Shown here: positions 1 to 12,560 of the stretch, one piece after another | Layout: every line of letters starts with the position of its first letter | Position numbering within the stretch: position 1 is the first letter of the stretch | NCBI GenBank assembly: GCA_951406725.2 | Contig: OX597838.1 | Coordinates: forward strand, 39,804,001-39,868,000 | Source of the DNA: Octopus vulgaris | Taxonomy: Eukaryota | Direction of reading: 5' to 3' | Length of the DNA stretch: 64,000 bases | Position numbers and translations under genes: made by a program | The notes under the pieces: generated by a model | What the model saw: the letters and a program-made list of their open reading frames with translations, nothing else | Databases searched by the model: none | What the model was told of the DNA's origin: nothing

Positions 1-192
1 GTTGTTGTAGTAGTAGTAGTAGCTGTTGTATTAGTAGTAGTAGTTGTAGTAGTTGTAGTAGTAGTTGTTGTAGTAGTAGTAGTAGTTGTAGTAGTAGTAG
101 TAGTTGTTGTTGTAGTAGTAGTAGTAGTTGTTGTAGTAGTAGTAGTAGTAGTTGTAGTAGTAGTAGTTGTAGTAGTAGTAGTAGTAGTAGTT

Positions 193-238
<46 letters not shown>
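1..238. repeat. (GTA/GTT)n microsatellite
   Basis: Trinucleotide array. Confidence 0.95.
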
Positions 239-587
239 ATGGCACTGTTCTTTTGCATAGACATAGGAAACTCTGATCATGCACGCATAGCATGAAAGGC
301 GCTCCAAACCAGGAGCACCCTGTCATTTTAGGCATATCTTGGACTATTTAACGTTTCTATTTTATTTATTCTTAAAGCCGGCAGTGTGTAAATTCTAGCA
401 GGCTAAGTGACTGCATTTAGGCTTTCGTTTTAGTTGTAGGCGAGATTTGGTAGGGCAGGCCTATCATCAAAAGCATTCCAAGCGCGTGACAATCACTTAT
501 TTTCCCCTAGACATTATGTAAGTGGCTGGCCGATGGCATTTCGGTAGATGTTCAGAAGAGTTAGGTTTATTATTATTATTATCATCA

Positions 588-673
<86 letters not shown>

Positions 674-675
<2 letters not shown>

Positions 676-988
676 AAGTGTACCTGGTATTATCTATAAG
701 GTCACACTGCATCACAACCATATGTGCGCGACATGGTGATCTCATATCAAGGTAAACAGCGCATGACCTTGCAGGTGGAGCCCTGTTAGAATTTTCTTCA
801 GGTCGAGTAGTCCATCTCGCTCAAAAGGTCCCTGAATAAGGGTTGTTTAAGGATGTTGAAAGAACCACCCATGTTTCCAGAGGTTAATTATTCAAACCCC
901 AAAGAATCCCCCTCAACACATGGCTATGATGCTCCCCCACTACTTCTGCTCGTGATCAGAGATGCACATATCGTCAGCCATTAAGGGA

Positions 989-990
<2 letters not shown>
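674..990 (-). mobile_element. Repeat fragment bounded by (TTA)n on both sides, possibly an R4/Dong-related 3' end
   Basis: TTA arrays at 566-673 and 990-1205; minus-frame SHVLRGILW faintly resembles AHILRRTL. Confidence 0.3.
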
Positions 991-1048
<58 letters not shown>

Positions 1049-1104
1049 CATTATTATTACTATTATTATTATCATTATCATCATCATCATCATCATTATT
1101 ATTA

Positions 1105-1138
<34 letters not shown>

Positions 1139-1269
1139 CATTATTATTACTATTATCATCATCATCATCATCATCATTATTATTATCATTATTATTATTA
1201 TTATTGAGTGAGAAAGCAATGCATCCCATCGGAATGCAAGATGCAAGATGCAAGATGCACGGTAACATA

Positions 1270-1351
1270 CCCTTGCATCGGAGTCAAGTCTCGGCGGGTG
1301 GAAAATGCTCCTGAGAGCCAAGTACGACAATGCCTTGGGTGTATGTGGGAA

Positions 1352-1404
<53 letters not shown>

Positions 1405-3010
1405 GATTTGGAACGGAAGAAGAAGCTAGATGTAATTCCACAACCAGTTTGAGGATTGACAACTTTTATTTAATTCCCAGTTATCGTGGCCAACGTTTTG
1501 CCAAGATTAGGGTGCTGAATGTGCCACCAGAAATATCCATTACCTGGTTAGTGGCGGCCATCTTGGCAAGTTTACAAGAAGATTAAGTCACAATATTGGA
1601 GGTTAAGAAACTACCTAACCAAAACTGGTTAGGTATTGGTATGGAACTGACCTTTCAATGCAAGCAGGATCATATCAATCAGCTTCCCGATCTAATCGAT
1701 CTCCCGCAAGGTACTCACCTGTCAGTGTTCGTGTAAAGTAGAAAACCGAGATGCCACACATGTGGACCTGTAAATCACTTAAAAATTTCTTGCCCTGAAA
1801 CAAAGTAAATTAAAGTCCCACAGCTGCCAACATTACAAACACCATAAGTTCAAACTCATGAACAAGTGTTTAAGACTCCTACGCCTACTCCCACACTCAC
1901 ACTCACACCCACTGAGGGGAACAAAGAAGGAGTCTACTCCCGATTGCCACAGAAAATCATGTTTCTCCTGAATGCTCTTCCTCCCAAACCAACATCATTT
2001 GCAATGACATGGAGAAAGAAGAGCTGAACGATCAATGGATCACAGTGACAAAAAGGGGGCAGGCGAAAGAGGAGGGGAGTACATAGCCCTACTCCAAGAA
2101 ATCAACAACTGCAACGCAATTCCCAATCACGCCAACAAAAACAATAAGAACAAGATCAACAATTTAAAAAACAGCAACATCATCAACAACTGCATGAAAT
2201 CACATAAACACAGAAACAACCAATTACAGAACTTTAAAAATATTTATCAAACTGTAGACGCAATGTATCCATCAATTTCATTGTTGTGGACAAGTGTAAC
2301 AGTGAATTGATGATTTTGTATGTGAAAACATAAACAAAATAGAGACAGAGGGAAAGGAATCTGAGGATTACATCCTCAAAACCCCCAAGGATATACCTTC
2401 AATCAAAACGTCGTCAGACGTTTATAAAACACTAATAGTAAAATTTCCAGATAGTGTGGGGAATAAAAAAAACAATCTGTTGATAAACGGTTGTTGGAAG
2501 AGCCTGTTAAAACGTTTTCGTCGATAGAGAGGCCCGGAACTTCCGGGGTTCTCGAAAATCAAGGTGAGTAACCTCATTTTCTTTCTCCGACTAGCATGAC
2601 TGTGTTGAGATGGGGGGGTGAATGTGCGAGGCCTGGGATCAACAAGGTCACTTATTCAACGATCTCAGGTCACTTGATTTGGATGTGGCAGCCATTAGTG
2701 AAACAAGGATCTCCGGGAAACACACTCTGGCATCCAAATTCGAGGTCTGTCGGGAGCGGGTAGCGGTGTAAGAGAACTACTCCGGAAATCCTTAGATCTC
2801 CAAGTACGGGCTATCTTTCTTTGTCCCGGATGGTATGGTGATGGTCTTGAATGTGAATGGAAGTGAACGTGTCGCCTTTATACTGGTGGCGGTTTATGCC
2901 CCAACAGAGGCTGCTAAGCCAGATTTCTTCAGGCGTCTAGGAACATTCTTGGGAACGTTGCGCACTTTAGTACTAGTGGGGGACTGGAATACTATCTTCG
3001 ACGCACAGAA
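1270..3010 (+). mobile_element. Degenerate Tx1-clade element (ORF1 body plus APE start), different subfamily
   Basis: RFGTEEEAR...IPSYRGQRFAKIRVLNVPPEI aligns to copy B/C ORF1; CHTCGPVNHLKISC knuckle near 1753; NVRGL near 2621; VAVYAP...VLVGDWN at 2885-2990. Confidence 0.8.
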
Positions 3011-3039
3011 GTTTTTGTGTGGATGCCCCCAGACGATAA

Positions 3040-3715
3040 GTAGGCTAGTCCAATACGTGTAAATATTGGACGTGATAGGTTGACGGGAAGCGTCGAGTAG
3101 AGAATTTTTGAGTTGTTAATTTAGTCTGGCGATAACATTGTTGTTGAGAGCGGTGAGTTATTCTACGTTGAAATTTTTTAAATTGTTATATTGTTGGAAT
3201 TTTGTTAATTATTGTTGAATTTGTTTCTTTCTTCCCCATTTTTTTGTGAAGATATGGAAGCTGGCAGTTACGCTGCGGTGGCAGGAAAAAGCCTGCAAGC
3301 TGACAAGACGCAACTGAAAGAAGTGAAGTTAGAAGACAAAAATTTTAAAAAGTTTAATGGACTGTTTGAAAAGGAGGGGGATTACCTCCGGTTAACGCCT
3401 CCTGGCGACTCTTTACAAAAAGCTGAGAAGAAAATTATAGTTTATCGTACGTTGAACGTTGAAACTAAACGTGTGGAAGTAGCAGAGATTGAAGCCATTG
3501 AAGAGTGTATGTGGGAAGTCAAAGGGGTGACCACATTCTACGCCAGAGGAAGGAAATCCGGCACATTGGCAGTGCGCTTCGTGAACAAAGAAGAAGCAAA
3601 AAGGTACTCCACGGTGCCTTTGAGAATGGCCAAGTGGGCACTCATGCCAACTTGCTGCAGAAAACGAGCCGCAAGAATCAGGGTAGGGAGAGTGCCCCCG
3701 GAAATCTTTTCTTAA
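3040..3715 (+). mobile_element. 5' part of another Tx1-like element (ORF1 N-terminus)
   Basis: SYAAVAG...VRFVNKEEAKRYSTVPL...IRVGRVPPEI is homologous to the other ORF1s in the window. Confidence 0.7.
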
Positions 3716-3887
3716 TAGTTTTATTTTTATCTTTTTATATTTATTTTTTTATTCTTCATCTCTCCTTATATCCAGTATGTGTCTTATGGTTTCGGCAATA
3801 CAAAAAGTTTTTAACTTTATGTTTATTTGTCTATTTTTTCATTTTATAAATCCCAAATTTAAAATTATATATATATATACATATACA

Positions 3888-4054
3888 TAGGTGTAGAAGT
3901 GGCTGTGTGGTAAGTAGCTTGCTTACCAACCACATGGTTCCGGGCTCAGTCTCATTGCGAAGCACCTTGGAGAAGTGTCTTCTACTATAGCCTCGGGCCG
4001 ACCAAAGCCTTGTGAGTGGATTTGGTAGACGGAAACTGAAAGAAGCATGTGTCG

Positions 4055-4085
<31 letters not shown>

Positions 4086-4289
4086 ATATGTTTGTGTGTC
4101 TGTGTTTGTACCCACCCCCAGCATAGCTTGACAACCGATGCAGGTGTGTGTACGTCCCCGTAACTTAGCAGTTCGGCAAAAGAGACCGATAGAATAAGTA
4201 CTAGGCTAGCAAAGTCCTGGGGTCGATTTGCTCGACTAAAGGCGGTGCTCCAGCATGGCCACAGTCAAATGACTGAAACAAGTAAAAGA

Positions 4290-4290
<1 letters not shown>
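3888..4290 (+). mobile_element. SINE family 1 (tRNA-like head, CORE-like ccttgggcaagt, internal TA/TG microsatellite)
   Basis: Multicopy in window; A/B-box-like gtggctgtgtggtaag / ggttcagtccc; tail gaaacaagtaaaagag. Confidence 0.85.
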
Positions 4291-4330
<40 letters not shown>

Positions 4331-4424
4331 ATCCAAACAAGAAAACACAAAAAAACACATCAACGCGAGGACGTGGAACAAATATAGTATTATTGGACGC
4401 TCAGGAAAGAAGGGAAGAAGGAGG

Positions 4425-4459
4425 GTTTAACGTTTCGAGCGGAGCTCTTCGTCGGAAAC
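4425..4459 (-). ncRNA. Minimal hammerhead-like motif (core variant) in a PLE-type tail
   Basis: GTTT-CCGACGA-A-GAGC-TCC-GCTC-GAAAC-GTT-AAAC; U4-to-C change in the core. Confidence 0.55.
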
Positions 4460-4699
4460 ATAGTAGAAGGAAAGATCCCGAGAAGGGAAGACAGAGGAAA
4501 AAAATCGCCAACGGTATATATATATTTATATATATATATATATGCATGTATGTATATATATGTATATGTATGTGTGTGTATGCATTTATTTCTTCATTTT
4601 ATTTTTTGGTGTATTTTATTTACTCTTTTATTTTATATTATCTTGAATTAAATTTTGCATTTAGCATACTTGTTTACCCTCCCATACACTGGTGTAAGA

Positions 4700-5700
4700 T
4701 TTTATGATTTGTAGAGGGATTGTATCTTCTCTCTACAGTTAATCATGGTAAAGCAAAATACGATATGGTATTTACATTTTATGTTTTCAGTTATTTATAA
4801 TTACATTTTATAATTATAATATATGAATGTAATCTGAATGTAATTATGGGTTCATTGTTTGAATGGTTGTATCATGACCACCTTAAAAATTTGCTACGAA
4901 GCTTCTATTTTATATAAAAGCAGTCTACTTTTCTATGACTTAAATTGGTTTATATATCTCCAGTTTTTCTTATTCGGTCCTTATATCCCTTTCTAAATTT
5001 TAAAATTTTACGTTTTATTATACAAAATATAATACTATATAAATTTTGCTAAATTTTTGGTAAAGTGTTTTCCCCTTGTACCCTTAATGTCCATTTAGAT
5101 CTCATTGTGACGTCCTTTGCTTTCTATTTTAGGCCCCTTTAATTGATAATAATAAAATAGTTAATGTCACCCCTACCCTCCCCTTTTCTGGGTATATAGT
5201 ACTATCTTACTGACTTCTGAGATTTGTTTCTTTATGTAGTCATAGTAAATTAGGGGTTTGGGAGAGTATTTGACATTAGTTTATTATCAGCAGCTAGAAC
5301 TTAACTGTCAGTTCTCAGTGGTTTTAATTCTTAGTGGACATAGTATAAGCTGCATTAGATCTTTTGATGGTGATAAAGAGAGAGATAAATATACTATCTC
5401 ATGAACTCTGTTGTTATTCTCTTCTGCCACTCCAAATTAAAGTTGGGGTATTTTCTCCCTAGGTTCATTATGCTATAAAAATAGCAGCAAGCATGTAGTT
5501 CTTTTATTCCCTAGTTCTGATGAAATATTTGCTAAAGAATTATAATGGAGTATCCTGAATGTTGAAAACCTACATGGTTTTATGCATCCGAAGAAGGCGG
5601 TGCATTTCAAATTGATGTAATTCTTGCATTGTTCGATTAAATGGTGCCGCCTGAAACGGCTGTAATGCAATAATACTTTGACATCCTTGTTACTTATTTG
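4700..5700 (-). mobile_element. Highly decayed probable Penelope-like element
   Basis: Weak motifs only (KP...ILHYNS; traces of GIY-YIG). Confidence 0.35.
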
Positions 5701-5792
5701 CTTTTTTATTCACCTTACTTCGAGCTGTGCCGATAACACCGGACTGTCTAGGCACCTCAATTTAAGTACCTAATTCAACTGAATCTTAATTA

Positions 5793-5835
<43 letters not shown>

Positions 5836-5838
<3 letters not shown>

Positions 5839-6215
5839 TTTTACACGTTTCAGTCATTTAACTGCAGCCATGCCGGAGCACCGCCTTGAAGGGTTATAGT
5901 CAAACAAATCGACCCCAGGCATTTTTAAAGCCTAGTACTGATTCTATCGACCTCTTTAGCCGAACTGCTACGGGGACACACACTAGTACCGATTGTCAAG
6001 CGGTGACGAGGTGGAGACAGACACAAGAGTAAAGGCACACATGCATATATATAAGACGGGATTCTTTCAACTTCCACCTACCGAATCAGATCACAAAGAT
6101 TTGGTCGGCCCGAGGTTTTGTAAAAGACACTTGCCCAAGATGCCACGCAGTGGGACTGAACCCGGAACCAAGTGGTTGGGAAGCAAGCTTCTTCCCACAC
6201 AGCTATGTCTGCACC
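5836..6215 (-). mobile_element. SINE family 1
   Basis: Reverse-complement copy. Confidence 0.8.
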
Positions 6216-6505
6216 TATTAATATATATATATATCATTGAAGAAATCCGACAAAAGCGCTCTCTCGGCACACACCATGAGTCTATCAGCCGCTAGTTTCA
6301 AATGCAAATATGAACTGTAAATTATCTATTGCATCAAAAGCTCGAATTATGGAGAACTATATATTTTTCAGACAGGAAACACATTATCGAAATGCCTGCG
6401 ATCACGCAAGCAACAAATTCCAAACCAAAATATTCATTAGATCCCATTAAGCAATCATTTAGAAGCATGCGGTAAGAAAATAATTTTTATATCTTTATTT
6501 TACAA

Positions 6506-7100
6506 GGCGGCGAGCTGGCAGAAACGTTAGCTCGCCGGGCGAAATACTTAGCGGTATTTCATCTGTCTTCATGTTCTGAGTTCAAATTCCACCGTGGTCG
6601 ACTTTGCCTTTCATCGTTTCGGAGTCGATAAATTAAGTGCTAGTTGAGTACTGGGGTCGATGTAATCGACTGGCCCCCTCTCCCTCGAAAATTTTGGGCC
6701 TTGTGCCTAAAGTAGAAAAGAATATTTTCATTTTACAAACTTAACGGCTCAAGCGAAGAGCAAGAAAAAAAAAACGTTTTATTGAGTAGCTTAAACCCGT
6801 TCTGAATGGACAACAACGAGAGCAACAGCAGCAGTAGCAGCAACAACAGTAAGATCAACAACAACAGCAACAACAGTAAGATCAACAACAACAGCAACAA
6901 CAATGATTTATTATTATTGATGATAATAATAATCCTTTCTCCTATAGGCACAAGGCCTGGATTTTGTGGAGAGGGGAACAATCGTTTACTCCACACCAGT
7001 ACTGGCGCTTAATTTATCGACCCCGAAAATATGAAAGGCAATCTCGACCTTGACGGAATTTGAACTCAGAACGTAACGGCAGACTAAATACCGCTAAGCA
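6506..7100. mobile_element. Two SINE family 2 copies (non-Tx1 tail) tail-to-tail
   Basis: Plus 6506-6720 and minus about 6930-7100; tail ggccttgtgccta..agaaa. Similar copies at 10445-10625 and 56905-57080 (-). Confidence 0.75.
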
Positions 7101-7149
7101 ACAGCAGTAACAAAAACAAAAACAACAACAACAATAGCAATATGATGAT

Positions 7150-7180
<31 letters not shown>

Positions 7181-7409
7181 TAATAATAATTTTGATATTG
7201 ATTTAAATTTAATTTTACTCAAAAGCCGCCGTAAACTTGATACTATTCGTCTGAATTTGCCCTTAATTTCATTTTAAAATATTTAGAGGGGGTTACGGTT
7301 CGTAGTATCAGATGTTTCTCAACACCTCTATCCATGTCTCTGATTGATTAATACGTTTTTATAAATAAGCACGGTCAGTGTCAACTGTGTTACCGCATCC
7401 ACCAACCGT

Positions 7410-7897
7410 TTATGGGAAAATTTCACTCGTTTCTCTAGAAAGACCATGGATGCAGATATTTATTGCCAACAATTTGATAGTATAAATGAAAAATTACGTC
7501 AAAAGCGACCATCTTTGGTAAACGGAAAGGGTGTTATTCTTCAGCAGGATAATGCATAGCCACATTCTTCAAAACAACCCCGCCAAATAAGATCGCTAGA
7601 ATGGAAGTTCTTCCACATCTTCCATGTTCGCCTGATTTAGCAACTGCGGAATTCCCTCTGTTCTGGCCACTAGAACATTTTATGAAACTGAGAGGAAGTT
7701 GAAAACAGACTTTCAAACATTTTTCAGGGAGAGAAATCGGTTTCTTTGAACGTGGCATAAAAATGTCACTTTCCCGCTGGGCTGCTGCCACTTAAAATGA
7801 TGGTAATTACAGTCTTGACTAAAACTATTCAGATAAATGCAGTTTACATTGCTTTCTATATCCTGGTAAAACGCAATTACTTTCCGAACAGACTAAT
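7410..7897 (+). mobile_element. Mariner transposase 3' fragment
   Basis: ADIYCQQF...RQKRPSLVNGKGVILQQDNA-PH, EVLPHLPCSPDLA; TIR-like end caattactttccgaacagactaata. Confidence 0.8.
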
Positions 7898-7933
7898 ACA
7901 AACCCACGCACAAATACACACACACACACACAA

Positions 7934-7983
<50 letters not shown>

Positions 7984-8021
7984 GCATATACACACATACG
8001 TATATACATACAGACATACAT

Positions 8022-8560
8022 GGTGGCTGCCCCTCGCTACCGAGTATGGCCATTGCGTGAAGCTTAATCAATGTTGTTATCGTGCAATACCTGTGCAAGA
8101 TTATTTTTTTAAAGTGAGGAAAGGCTGTGCACTGAGTCAATCCCACTCACTAAGCAACAGCAGCCATAATCCGAAAAGAATATCGCCGGTAACCACTGAG
8201 CCGCAGGTTTTATGTCGGAGTTATCCCAGTTACCTGAGTTACCTTCTCCTAGAAGGATGCCCTAACAAAGGCTAGGAGTCCTTCACTTCCAATGGCTTAA
8301 CCGCGCGATCGGGTATTCAGTCCGATTATTTCTATGTCCCCGCGCATGATATATCCTTAAGACATTTATTGGATGGCCATTGACTCTCAAACGTTCCTCC
8401 GCCCTTTGACGGGGTTTGTTTTTCATCCCGCATGGTGTCCAATAAACACTCTCCTAACCAAGCAAGCTTGGTGGGGTTGCCGGTTTAGTCGCCGACGACC
8501 CGACCATGCAACAGGTTGTACTGGGTTACATGTTACCAGTAGCACTCGAAAGTGACCTGA
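8022..8560 (-). mobile_element. Possible non-autonomous RTE-clade derivative
   Basis: GC-richer block with ggcgactaaaccggcaacccc, reminiscent of RTE 5' UTRs; no ORF. Recognition from memory only. Confidence 0.35.
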
Positions 8561-8667
8561 TATACATACATACATACATACATACATACATACATACATA
8601 CATACATACATACATACATACATACATACATACATACATACATGCATGCATGCATGCATGCATACAT

Positions 8668-8843
8668 ACGAATACACACACTTGCATGAGTGATACAGAT
8701 TAACGAGTGGAAAAAGCTGGTAGCTGCATCGACAAGGTTGTGAATACATACAAGTATATAGAAACAAATGAGTTAAAGTATAATGCAGTTACCAGCTTTT
8801 CCCACTCGTTAATCTGTATCACTCATACAAGTGTGTGCATTCA
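8668..8843. repeat. Inverted repeat with about 60-bp arms
   Basis: cacacttgcatgagtgatacagattaacgagtgg...ctggtagctgcat versus atgcagttaccag...ccactcgttaatctgtatcactcatacaagtgtg. Confidence 0.8.
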
Positions 8844-9069
8844 TCCAATACAACTGAATAAATAGGCATACTTGAATGATGTCTGTCCATTTTATATCCT
8901 CTCCATTTTTTTGTTTGCCGTATGAATATATAATACTCAGTTACGAGATTGCCATGCAATAACAAGTACTTGACTATGAATAATTGGGTACACTACGAGC
9001 AGTATATTCTCAACCTCTAGATCGTTAGCTGCTACACACATTTTTTATCTCCTTGTTTTTTCTGTGTCC

Positions 9070-9105
9070 CTTTCTGTAGAAGAGCGTAGGCTCGAAGCGT
9101 AAAAG
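9070..9105 (+). ncRNA. Degenerate minimal hammerhead-like motif
   Basis: CTTT-CTGTAGA-A-GAGC-GTAG-GCTC-GAAGC-GTA-AAAG; the flank resembles the 4330-4515 element. Confidence 0.45.
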
Positions 9106-9192
9106 ACTTTTTCTATTCCTGAGCGTTATACTAATACATCTGTTTGTTTTGTGCACCACCTGTCTTCGTCTTTTGTTTTTTTCGTAAACTCT

Positions 9193-9241
<49 letters not shown>

Positions 9242-9539
9242 TACACATATCATACATAGAATTGTATGTGTGTATACGTTTATGTTTATTTCTTTCTCCA
9301 CCATCTGACAACCGGTGTTGGTTTATTTAAGACTCCTAACCTCAACTAAGCGGTTACGCAAAAAGACACCGATAGAATGGGTATCCAAATATTTTTTAAA
9401 TCAGTATGGAGGGCGATTTGTTTGCCTGAAACCCTTCAAGACCGTGACCCAGCGTGGTCGCAGTCCAATGAGTGAAAAAAGTAAAAGATAAAAGGAAATG
9501 CATTAATATATACATATGCTGAAGCACTGATATACTAAC

Positions 9540-9639
9540 CTTTGCGGGGTAGCATAACATCTGGCATTCTTTGTTTCCTTGGATTAGAAAATCCGGTTAA
9601 TACAAATGACATTAAAATAACCGTGGAGAACTTCCACAT
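9540..9639 (-). CDS. Stanniocalcin-like paralog A, exon 1 (other exons not found in window)
   Basis: MWKFSTVILMSFVLTGFSNPRKQRMPDVMLPRK plus 1 nt, then GTTAGT donor (phase 1). The 5' UTR and signal peptide align to 32454-32630. Confidence 0.7.
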
Positions 9640-9877
9640 GTTTGCCTATTTCTTTCTTTATACTTAAATGACAAGGTCTTGTGTTGCTTCTAACGTGTAC
9701 TGTCTTCAGGTTATAGGCTCGGACTCACGCGCTCACACTTCACATATTTTAAATATATATATATGTGTGTGTGTGTGTGTATGTATGTATATGTATGTAT
9801 ATGTATATATATATATATACATATAAAGATATGCATACATCCATACTTACATACCTACATATACACACATCACAACA

Positions 9878-9984
<107 letters not shown>

Positions 9985-11585
9985 TATACATACAGAAAGA
10001 GAGAGTGAGAGAAAAATGTATGTATGTATCGTATGCCTATAAAACACACATATACGTACGCATAATACACGCGCCATCTTTAACAAGCTGGCAGAGTATA
10101 ATAAATTAGTTAAAGAATATAAATAAAACATAATGTCTTAAGAGAAAGAAAGAGAATTCGCTATTACATTGTTTTGGTGTCAGGAAAAACTCACTGTATC
10201 TTTCCATATGTTTTTCTTTTGCGTTAATTCCAGTCGTTTGTATTCAGCACGTAACAGTAACTCTAAAGCCCTGGTAACAAGATTTCTGATTACACAATAT
10301 CAAACTTACGGAAATTGTATGACATAACAGTTAATTTGATAATTTCGCCTTCACGGAGATTTGGGTTAAGTTTTAACGATTTTAAAAACTAAAACCATGA
10401 TATCCATATATGTACGAAAAAATAATCTATTTTTAAAATAACCCTTTCTACTATAGGCACAAGGCCTGAAACTAAGGGTGGGTGCTAATCGATTACATCG
10501 ATTCCAATAGTCAACTCGTACTCTTTTCATCGACTCCGAAAGGATAACCTCGGCGGAATCTGCACCCAGAGCGTAGCCACTGACGACATGCCGCAAAGAC
10601 ACCGCCCGGCGTGCCAACGCCGCCTTCTATTTTAAAAATAATGTTTGGTATGATACTTTGATACACCCAGCAGCTCTTTTTGTCACTGTCTTCTTCATTC
10701 TCTGAACAGTTATGTTGATTACTGCCTACAGCTTTAATTTTTTTGCGAACTTATTTTTTCGTTATCATTTTTTTTATTTGTCATTGCTCTCAAATTTCTT
10801 GGCTACACCTATCCACGTCCTCCTCTTCTCCACCTTGTTTGTATATGCTGGAAGACAAAGAAATGTCTTAGAATGGCGATTACTCTTTCCTCGGATTCTT
10901 CTGTTTTACAATTTGGTGTGGATTCTCGTATCTATCGCTGCTGCTTTCGAATAAATATAAACGTATACAATATAATGCATTGAAACTGGAGAAAATGTAT
11001 GAGGTGGAATTGAAGGCAGTAATGCGAAAAGTCGTTTGAGACAGGTTAATCTAATCGTCAAGCTTGATGTTTCATAAAGGTTTCGTGCAGAAGAATAACT
11101 CTTACATTCCTAAATGCATACATACACACATAGGTACATATGAATATGATAATTACCTCGCCTTGTCGGACGATACCCGTCTCACATTCAGCCTGATTGT
11201 TCTGTTATATTTTCACCCCTGCATGTGTGCGGAGATCTGTTTCCAGGATGTCGCCACACATCCAGCGCAATAGGACTTCATAAAGTACAAAACGGTTGAT
11301 CAAGAAATGAAATGATAGCGAGACATCAATACGTCATTGAATTTAGGTGACAAAGATTGCCGATGTTGGTTCCAGTGGTAAGCATTGCAAGATGATTGTT
11401 ACTATTTTGATAGAATGTTTTATGTCAGAGTATCTTGCTCCTAGAAGAGATGTCGTACTCACGGTTCTGTCAAAAATAACGGAAGCCTCTCCTACCCTTG
11501 GGAAATATATTCAACTCGTAGATGGGACTCTGACAGCCACTATCGTTCTGGGTCAGCACGGACCTTGGAGTAATGGTATTTAAGG
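9985..11585 (+). repeat. Segmental-duplication block paralogous to about 56410-57617
   Basis: Long near-identical stretches (e.g. cttcctcggattcttctgttttacaatttggtgtggattctcg) and a shared SINE. Confidence 0.9.
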
Positions 11586-11929
11586 GGTGAAGCCTGGTGC
11601 TTATTCCCTGTAGGCCTGGTGCTGAACAGCTAAATTACAGGGTCGCAAACGCACCAACATCGGTTGTCAAGCAATGGTGGTGGTGGTGGTCAAACACAAA
11701 CACACACACATACATACATACATAAATGCATACATACATGCATACATACATATAGAAAAGGCTTGGAGGTAGTGGTGATGCTGGTTGGTGCGATCTTGTG
11801 GTTTTCTGTTATGCCGGGAGAGATCCAGCGAGCCCCTAACTGGTTCTCCAAACTTAAAAGTGTAATGTGGATGTGTAATGATCGAGCGGCTGGTGTGGTG
11901 GTGATGCTAGCTGGTGCGGTGGTCTTCCC

Positions 11930-12560
11930 CACAGTAGTTCATGGTAGACAACATTTTGTGTGTATGTCACACCACGTTTTTGGCCTTGTTTGTTATCCCA
12001 ATTGAGTATCATAATCCTCACTTTGATATTGTTCATAGATCGTGCTCTTGAAAATGCGACATATAATTGGCCATGAGAAAATACCGGTTGAGGCAAATGT
12101 ATTCTTACATTTTCAAATGTTTGCCTTTGAGCCTTATTAATTGTCATTGAATATGCAAATTGAAGTGGAAACCGAAGTCTGTTTAATGTGAATGGAATAT
12201 TTGCATCACTTGGGCTAAGTTTAATTCTGAGAATTAGAACTGTACGACCTCTGTTGGAGCCTGTTACCAATGATGCCTCTATACAATGTTCATGAAGTCT
12301 TTGCACTCTCATGCAAGTTCCATTACATAATCCTTAACTGATCGAAAGATTTCTTAGCAGCATTACAATAACCTTACATTTAAGTTGAGGCGATGAGGAG
12401 ACATACCGGATGGAGTGAGTGAGTTTATGAATTTAAATGGATAGTTCTGAACCTCCTCTTCATTATTGCAGGACACTGAATCTGTCCTTAAGTACGTATT
12501 AAGTGCCTCTGGTATAATATTAAGAACTTTTTCATTTATTGCAGGACAGTCAGAATTTTT
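11930..12560 (-). mobile_element. Helitron RepHel PIF1-helicase C-terminal fragment, frameshifted
   Basis: NSLTPSGMSPHRLNL; FPLQFAYSMTINKAQRQT; PVFSHGQLYVAFSRA; TQNVVY. Confidence 0.88.

Noticed and set aside
1-9500. Exons 2-4 of paralog A
   Set aside because: No Cys-patterned exon with splice sites found by eye; they lie left of the window or are lost.
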